In this document: piece after piece, positions 58,719 to 64,000 of the stretch
Position numbering within the stretch: position 1 is the first letter of the stretch
Layout of the letters: each line of letters starts with the position of its first letter
DNA from: Capsulimonadaceae bacterium
GTDB lineage: Bacteria; Armatimonadota; Armatimonadia; Armatimonadales; Capsulimonadaceae
Direction of reading: 5' to 3'
NCBI GenBank assembly: GCA_965215505.1
Contig: OZ244065.1
Coordinates: 3,168,001-3,232,000, forward strand
DNA: 64,000 bases
Notes under the pieces: generated by a model
Told to the model about the DNA's origin: nothing
Databases searched by the model: none
What the model saw: only the letters and a program-made list of their open reading frames with translations
Program-made: the position numbers and the translations under genes

Positions 58719-58802
58719 GGAGGGCGGGGACAAGCCCCGCCCCTACATCAGCATCACCTCGGAATATGGGCATATCGTAGGGGTAGGGCTTGTCCCTACC
58801 CT
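58719..58802. repeat. Inverted REP doublet (GTAG family)
   Basis: Reverse-orientation match to 18779-18841. Confidence 0.75.
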
Positions 58803-58853
58803 CTTTCTTGACCCTCCTTCTTGTTCTCGGAGCCTGTAACCTAGAGCCTTTCA

Positions 58854-59591
58854 TCAGGCCAGCGCAAGCGCCTCCTCATGGGCCGCGCTCGCAGACAGCT
58901 TCGAGTGCCATTCGGAGAGCATGTCATAGTTGAGGAACTTGACTGCATTCCGAATAGACTCAAACGCAGTAGTGTTCACCTTCTTCTCGAACTCCCCTTT
59001 TCGCGCCTCATCCGCCACAATCCAGAACTCGACCCGGAAGTCTTGGAATTCAACGAATTTCAGCAGGGAGTTGTAAATATCGGTGGAATGCTCCACTTCA
59101 AAGAGGGCCTGCGGGAAGCGGCGGGCGTTGAACCACGAGACATCTACTGTTTTGGCTCTCCCCATGATCTCGCTGAACGTGAAGTCATACGGCTGCGGCA
59201 ATGTGGCGACCTCGGACAGCTTGCGCGTTAGAAACGACTTGTTCTTGTCTTGCGCGGGTACGAAGGTTTCGTAGCGTTTCAGATTGCCGATCTCGACAAG
59301 CAGCCCCTGGTAGTAGCTGTGGCTGTACTCCTCAACCTTCTCAGGCGCGGCATACTGCGGCAGAGCCAGTTGAAGCCCGAGCGCGTCCCGCTGTGCTTCC
59401 AGTCCCCACAGTCCAGGACGGATGCGGAAGATGCCGGGCGTCTCCTGCACGATGCGCCGGATGCTGGCGAAGGGCGTCAAAGAATTAGACTGCCATTCAG
59501 GCATCTTGGTAACAACGTGGTACAGATGCCCCAATGTCGCGAAACCGCCGTTCTGTGCCATCGCCAACTGCACGACTTCATGCTGCTTCAT
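58854..59591 (-). CDS. Putative PD-(D/E)XK nuclease with N-terminal wHTH
   Basis: TPFASIRRIVQ..FRIRPGLW; HSYYQG, VDVSW and FEVEHSTDI..SLLKF motifs; lower GC. Confidence 0.7.
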   Translation of the reverse strand: MKQHEVVQLAMAQNGGFATLGHLYHVVTKMPEWQSNSLTPFASIRRIVQETPGIFRIRPGLWGLEAQRDALGLQLALPQYAAPEKVEEYSHSYYQGLLVEIGNLKRYETFVPAQDKNKSFLTRKLSEVATLPQPYDFTFSEIMGRAKTVDVSWFNARRFPQALFEVEHSTDIYNSLLKFVEFQDFRVEFWIVADEARKGEFEKKVNTTAFESIRNAVKFLNYDMLSEWHSKLSASAAHEEALALA

Positions 59592-59632
59592 AGGGAGCAG
59601 TTAGATCAATCAGGCTCTCATTCCTGCTTTTA

Positions 59633-61267
59633 CTACTTGTTCAGGCCAAGCAGGATGTTGACGAAGTGCTTGGTGGCGTAAAAGGCGTAGGTGGAACTGT
59701 TCTTCTGGCCTTTGGTGCGTATTTGGATGAGTTCACCGGTAATCGTGTGCGGCCTTTCGCCGGGCCTCAACGCGCGCCGTATCAACTCATAGTCTTTCTC
59801 AACTTGCTGGTAGATGCCTGCGGTTTGCATGGAGATATCGGCGGCACGCACTATCGCGATGGGTGAGGATGTCTCGGCCCGGTCCACATACAGGCGGGCG
59901 ACGATGATGAAGCGGCCGATCTTGTGCAGGACATGACTGCTCTCGAAAGGATTGGCGAGGACGTGGTTCTGGTCCAGCATCGTGATCTGCATCGTCTCCT
60001 TTGCGGCATAGATGCCGGAACGTAGGTGCCTGATGGAAACCTGCTTTAGCTCCCAACTGCCCCCATTCGGCTCCCGGCGGGAGTTCTTGGGCAGGCCCAG
60101 ATAGGCTTCCAGGGTCAGGCCGGCCCAGCCCTTGTTCAAGGTCCGCTTGATCTGGCCTTCCAGTTCCTTCTCGTGGAAGATCTGCTGCCGGTGCTTTGTC
60201 GCAAGCTCGACAAGGTCGCTGCCTTTGATCAGTTCCAGGAGTTTCAGGGCATCTTCTCGCTCCATTAAATCAGTTGCCCCCCCCCCGATCTTTGTAGCCT
60301 CTGCTACAACTACATCAAGGCGTGGCTGCTGATGGTAGCGTTGATATTCCTCATCCAGCCGCTTCGCGGCCAACTCCAGATACTCCGATTCGCGCTCGAT
60401 GCCGATGAAGCGGCGGCCCAAACGGGCGCAGGCGACGCCGGTGGTGGCCGAGCCGCAGAAGGGGTCCAGGACCAGTTGGTCGGGGCTGGTGGAGGCGGCG
60501 ACGATGCGCGTCAGCAGGGCCTCGGGCTTCTGGGTGGGGTGCTTGCCGTGGCGCTTCTCGGACTTGGCGGGCGGCGTGATGCTCCATAGGGACTGCATCT
60601 GCTTGCCGCCGTTCTGCTCCTTCATCAAGGGGTAGTTAAACGTGTGGCGGCTCTTGGCGCTCTTGGCGGCCCACAGGATGGTTTCGGTGGCGTGGGTGAA
60701 GTAGCGGCAGGCGAGGTTCGGGGGCGGGTTGACCTTGTACCAGGCGATGTCGTTCAGTATCTTGTAGTCCAGCACTTGCAGGCCGTAGCCGACGCTGTGG
60801 ATGTTGTGCGCCGTACCCGTCACCCAGAGGGTGCCGTCGGGCTTGAGGATGCGGCGGCACTGGTCGAGCCAGAGCAGGTTGAAGTTGTGGTCGCCGATGA
60901 TGCCCTGGGACTTGTCCCAGCCGCCCTTGTCCACGCGCACCATGCGGCCATTCACGCAGGTGATGCCGCCGTTGGAGAGGAAGTAGGGCGGGTCGGCGAA
61001 GATCATGTCCACGGACTCGCCCTGCATCCGGCGCAGCAGCTCCAAAGCGTCCGCCTGGTACAGACGCAGGCGGCCGTCGGGGCTGGCGTAAAAGGGCGGG
61101 GGCGGGTCGGCATAGCCGGGGCGGGCCTCGCGGACGAGGGCAGCGTCGTCGCCGTCAGCATCAAGGCCGGGGATGGGGGCCGTCTGGGCGGCGGCGCGGG
61201 CGGACGGATCGGCGGCATGAGGGAGGTCGAAGAGGCCGGGCACGGCGAGGGCGGCAAGGTCGGGCAA
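59633..61267 (-). CDS. Beta-class amino-methyltransferase (DpnA-like) fused to a MutH/Sau3AI-type endonuclease
   Basis: FADPPYFLSNGG, HPTQKP and LDPFCGSATTG motifs; C-terminal NKGWAG..E.YLG..WELK..KET and IQIRTKG. Confidence 0.85.
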   Translation of the reverse strand: MPDLAALAVPGLFDLPHAADPSARAAAQTAPIPGLDADGDDAALVREARPGYADPPPPFYASPDGRLRLYQADALELLRRMQGESVDMIFADPPYFLSNGGITCVNGRMVRVDKGGWDKSQGIIGDHNFNLLWLDQCRRILKPDGTLWVTGTAHNIHSVGYGLQVLDYKILNDIAWYKVNPPPNLACRYFTHATETILWAAKSAKSRHTFNYPLMKEQNGGKQMQSLWSITPPAKSEKRHGKHPTQKPEALLTRIVAASTSPDQLVLDPFCGSATTGVACARLGRRFIGIERESEYLELAAKRLDEEYQRYHQQPRLDVVVAEATKIGGGATDLMEREDALKLLELIKGSDLVELATKHRQQIFHEKELEGQIKRTLNKGWAGLTLEAYLGLPKNSRREPNGGSWELKQVSIRHLRSGIYAAKETMQITMLDQNHVLANPFESSHVLHKIGRFIIVARLYVDRAETSSPIAIVRAADISMQTAGIYQQVEKDYELIRRALRPGERPHTITGELIQIRTKGQKNSSTYAFYATKHFVNILLGLNK

Positions 61268-61358
61268 GGGTCGGATTCCTCTCAGGGTGAAGGCGATCCG
61301 ATCCTACCCGATCCGTGGCGGCGAGATCAACCGAACGGCGGCGATCTTCAAATGTTTG

Positions 61359-61433
61359 TGAATACTAATTTAATACTAATTTATAATAAATTAGTATTCA
61401 AGCTTGACAGATAGGTGCCGAGAGGCACATACT
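61359..61433 (+). promoter_or_regulatory. AT-rich palindromic operator and promoter upstream of the fic gene
   Basis: TGAATACTAATTT..AAATTAGTATTCA, then TTGACA, 18 bp spacer, CATACT. Confidence 0.6.
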
Positions 61434-61466
61434 ATCTCCAAACCAGATTAGTACGGGGAAAAACCA

Positions 61467-62795
61467 ATGAAGATGCCGCTCTCGCCGCCTCCGATGCAGA
61501 AGCTCGTGCAGGGCATCGGCTTCGAGCGCATGGTTGAAGTCGCCGACATGATGCGTGCGCTGCCGCCCAGTGACAAATATCTCCACTGGGATCGCCTACG
61601 GTTTATGACGCCTCCGGCTGGGCTTTCCATCGAGGAGTGGTGGCTCGGCATCAAGATGATGCGAAGCTCTTCCCTAAAGAAGCTGCCTTTGCTTGACACT
61701 TCAGGTAACTCCTTCCAGTTCCTCGTCACGGACTTCCTGTTGGAGCAACTGCACTACACCGACCTCGGAGCCGGCGGGCGAATCGGGGTGCCGGAGCCGG
61801 TGACAAACCCGGAAACAAAGGACCAATACTATGTGTCTTCCTTGATCGAGGAGGCGATCACCTCCAGCCAGATGGAAGGCGCGGCGACCACGCGCGAAGT
61901 CGCCAAGGAGATGCTGCGCTCATCGCGCCCCCCACGCGACCGTGACGAGCGGATGATTCTGAACAACTTCCTGACGATGCGACAGATCGGGACCTGGAAG
62001 GAGAAACCGCTGACTGAGGAGCTTGTCCTGGAAATCCACCGGAGCGTGACGGAGGAGACGCTGGAGGACCCGTCGGCGGCAGGGCGTTTTCGTAATGAGG
62101 AGGAAGCCATCATCGTCGGCGATGCGGAGGAGGGCGTGTTCCATGTGCCGCCGCCGGCGGACGAACTCGCCTCACGGATGCAGGCGATGTGCGAGTTCGC
62201 GAACGGGAAGACGCCGGGTTACTTCGTGCATCCCGTCCTGCGCTCACTGATCCTGCACTTCTGGCTCGCTTATGACCACCCGTTCGTGGACGGTAACGGC
62301 CGGACGGCACGGGCATTGTTCTACTGGTCCATGCTCCGCCACGGGTTCTGGCTCTTTGAGTACGTCTCCATCTCGCGCATACTCCGCCGGGCACCGATCC
62401 AGTACGCCCGGTCGTTCCTGTACACCGAGACGGACGGCAACGACATGACATACTTTTTGCAGTATCAGGTCGAGGTCATCCGACGGGCGCTGAATGACCT
62501 GCATGGGTACATCGGGGCGCAATCTCAGAGGGTGAAACAGATGGAGCAGACGATGCGGGGGACGCTCCTTCTCAACCACCGGCAGCGTGCGCTGATCAGC
62601 CATGCCCTGAGACATCCCCAGCAGCGGTACACGATCGAGGGGCATCGGAGCAGTCATGCGGTCGCCTACCAGACGGCGCGGGCTGACCTATTGAACCTGG
62701 CAGAGCGCAAGGTCATGGACGCGCGCAAGGTCGGCAAAACTTGGTACTTTTCGCCGGTGCCCGACTTCGAGGCGAGGCTGGCCCGCCTGGACTGA
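61467..62795 (+). CDS. Fic family protein with C-terminal wHTH
   Basis: HPFVDGNGRTAR catalytic motif; inhibitory-helix-like SSQMEG. Confidence 0.92.
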   Translation: MKMPLSPPPMQKLVQGIGFERMVEVADMMRALPPSDKYLHWDRLRFMTPPAGLSIEEWWLGIKMMRSSSLKKLPLLDTSGNSFQFLVTDFLLEQLHYTDLGAGGRIGVPEPVTNPETKDQYYVSSLIEEAITSSQMEGAATTREVAKEMLRSSRPPRDRDERMILNNFLTMRQIGTWKEKPLTEELVLEIHRSVTEETLEDPSAAGRFRNEEEAIIVGDAEEGVFHVPPPADELASRMQAMCEFANGKTPGYFVHPVLRSLILHFWLAYDHPFVDGNGRTARALFYWSMLRHGFWLFEYVSISRILRRAPIQYARSFLYTETDGNDMTYFLQYQVEVIRRALNDLHGYIGAQSQRVKQMEQTMRGTLLLNHRQRALISHALRHPQQRYTIEGHRSSHAVAYQTARADLLNLAERKVMDARKVGKTWYFSPVPDFEARLARLD

Positions 62796-62807
62796 CGGGC
62801 ATTTTCC

Positions 62808-64000
62808 CTATTCCGCCCGCGCGAGCTGGCGGCGGAGACGCTTGGTGTTGAGGACGACGCTGAGGCTGCTGATGAGCATGGCGGCGGCGGCGTAGATGGG
62901 GTTCTTTATGACGCCCGCCACGGCCAGGGGGATGCAGACGGCGTTGTAGAGGCAGGCCCAGAAGAGGTTCTGGCGGATGACGTTCGCGGTCCGCCGGGCG
63001 AGGGTGAAGAGGTCGGCCAGGCGGCCCAGGTCATCGCCGACGAGGGTGATGTCGGCGGCACGGCGGGCGATCTCCGTGCCGGACCCGAAGGCGATGCCGA
63101 CGTTCGCCTGGGCGAGCGCGGGCGCGTCGTTGATGCCGTCCCCGGCCATGGCGACGGCCTGGGCGGACTGCATCTCGCGGACGCGGGCGACCTTATCGGT
63201 GGGGCGCATCTGGGCGGTGGCGTCGGAAAGTCCGACGGCGCGGGCGATGGCCTGCGTGGTGGCCTCGGCGTCGCCGCTGATGACTTCGAGTGTCAGCCCG
63301 GCGGATCGCAGGGCGCGGACGGCCTCGGCCGCGCCGGGGCGGAGGGCGTCGCCCAGAGTGACAAGCCCGCGCACGGTGGCCGCGCCCCCAGCCGTGCCGT
63401 AGAAGAGGGCCGTCTGCGCCTGCCGCTCAGCGTCTTCGGCCTGCATCTCTAGGGCAGAGGGGATGGGGGCGGCGAGCGCAGCACAGAGGGCGCGGTTGCC
63501 GATGAACCAGGAGTGGCCGCCGACGGTGCCGGTGATGCCCTGCCCCTCGTGGCGGGCGAAGTCGGCGGCGGGCAGGAAGGCGAGGCCCAGGCCGCGCGCG
63601 TGGGCGACGAGGGCGCGGGCCAGCGGGTGTTCGGAGGCGTCTTCCAGGGCGGCCAGCGCGGCGAGATCGTCCGGGGTGCCGGTGAAGGCGCGGACGGCGA
63701 AGCGGCCCTCGGTCAGCGTCCCGGTCTTGTCCAGCAGCAGGTGACGGATGCGCGGCAGGACTTGCAGGATGTCGGTATTGCCGATGAGGATGCCGCGCGC
63801 TGCCGCCGCCCCCACCCCCGAAGTGACGGCCAGCGGTGTCGCTAATCCCAACGCACAGGGGCAGGCGATGACCAGGACGGTGACGGCCCGGACGACGACG
63901 TCGGAGACGCTATGGCCGGTCACGAGCAGAGTCAGGGCGGTCAGGACAGCCAGGCCGACGATGGCGGGCACGAAGCGGCGGGAGATGCGGTCCGCCCACT
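62808..64000 (-). CDS. Heavy-metal P1B-type ATPase (5' part outside the window)
   Basis: ACPCALGLATP, DKTGTLT, SEHP, GDGINDAPAL and YN motifs. Confidence 0.93.
   Translation of the reverse strand, partial: WADRISRRFVPAIVGLAVLTALTLLVTGHSVSDVVVRAVTVLVIACPCALGLATPLAVTSGVGAAAARGILIGNTDILQVLPRIRHLLLDKTGTLTEGRFAVRAFTGTPDDLAALAALEDASEHPLARALVAHARGLGLAFLPAADFARHEGQGITGTVGGHSWFIGNRALCAALAAPIPSALEMQAEDAERQAQTALFYGTAGGAATVRGLVTLGDALRPGAAEAVRALRSAGLTLEVISGDAEATTQAIARAVGLSDATAQMRPTDKVARVREMQSAQAVAMAGDGINDAPALAQANVGIAFGSGTEIARRAADITLVGDDLGRLADLFTLARRTANVIRQNLFWACLYNAVCIPLAVAGVIKNPIYAAAAMLISSLSVVLNTKRLRRQLARAE

Overview
High-GC bacterial chromosomal window; the PEP-CTERM protein, ECF-sigma fusion and overall gene content suggest an Armatimonadota-like or similar soil lineage (inference only). 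It mixes housekeeping genes (rsfS, rnz, dnaE, ruvC, a partial heavy-metal P-type ATPase), secreted glycan enzymes and several accessory islands. The most striking region is a ~12.8 kb minus-strand cluster (30045-42848). There, two paralogous AAA+ ATPases flank a conserved hypothetical protein (KLNQIIAIEKGVK type) and an unannotated ~380-nt ncRNA. This RNA holds two circularly permuted tRNA-like domains separated by ~6-nt-periodic tracts. Downstream lie a large hypothetical protein, RNase Z, NrtR and an NrtR-box-preceded ADP-ribose operon (NADAR, DUF4291, ADP-ribosylglycohydrolase, SPFH, NAD-kinase-like). Other notable items are a 1.95 kb segment bounded by ~110-bp inverted repeats with a structured sRNA candidate, a two-ATPase/TPR module and an AAA_21/DUF4276 pair. 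Also present are an IS630-disrupted BsuBI/PstI R-M locus, an MTase-MutH/Sau3AI fusion with a G10 tract at the domain junction, a scrambled acyltransferase duplicate and three families of REP/MITE-like repeats. All family assignments come from motif recognition by eye; no searches were run.
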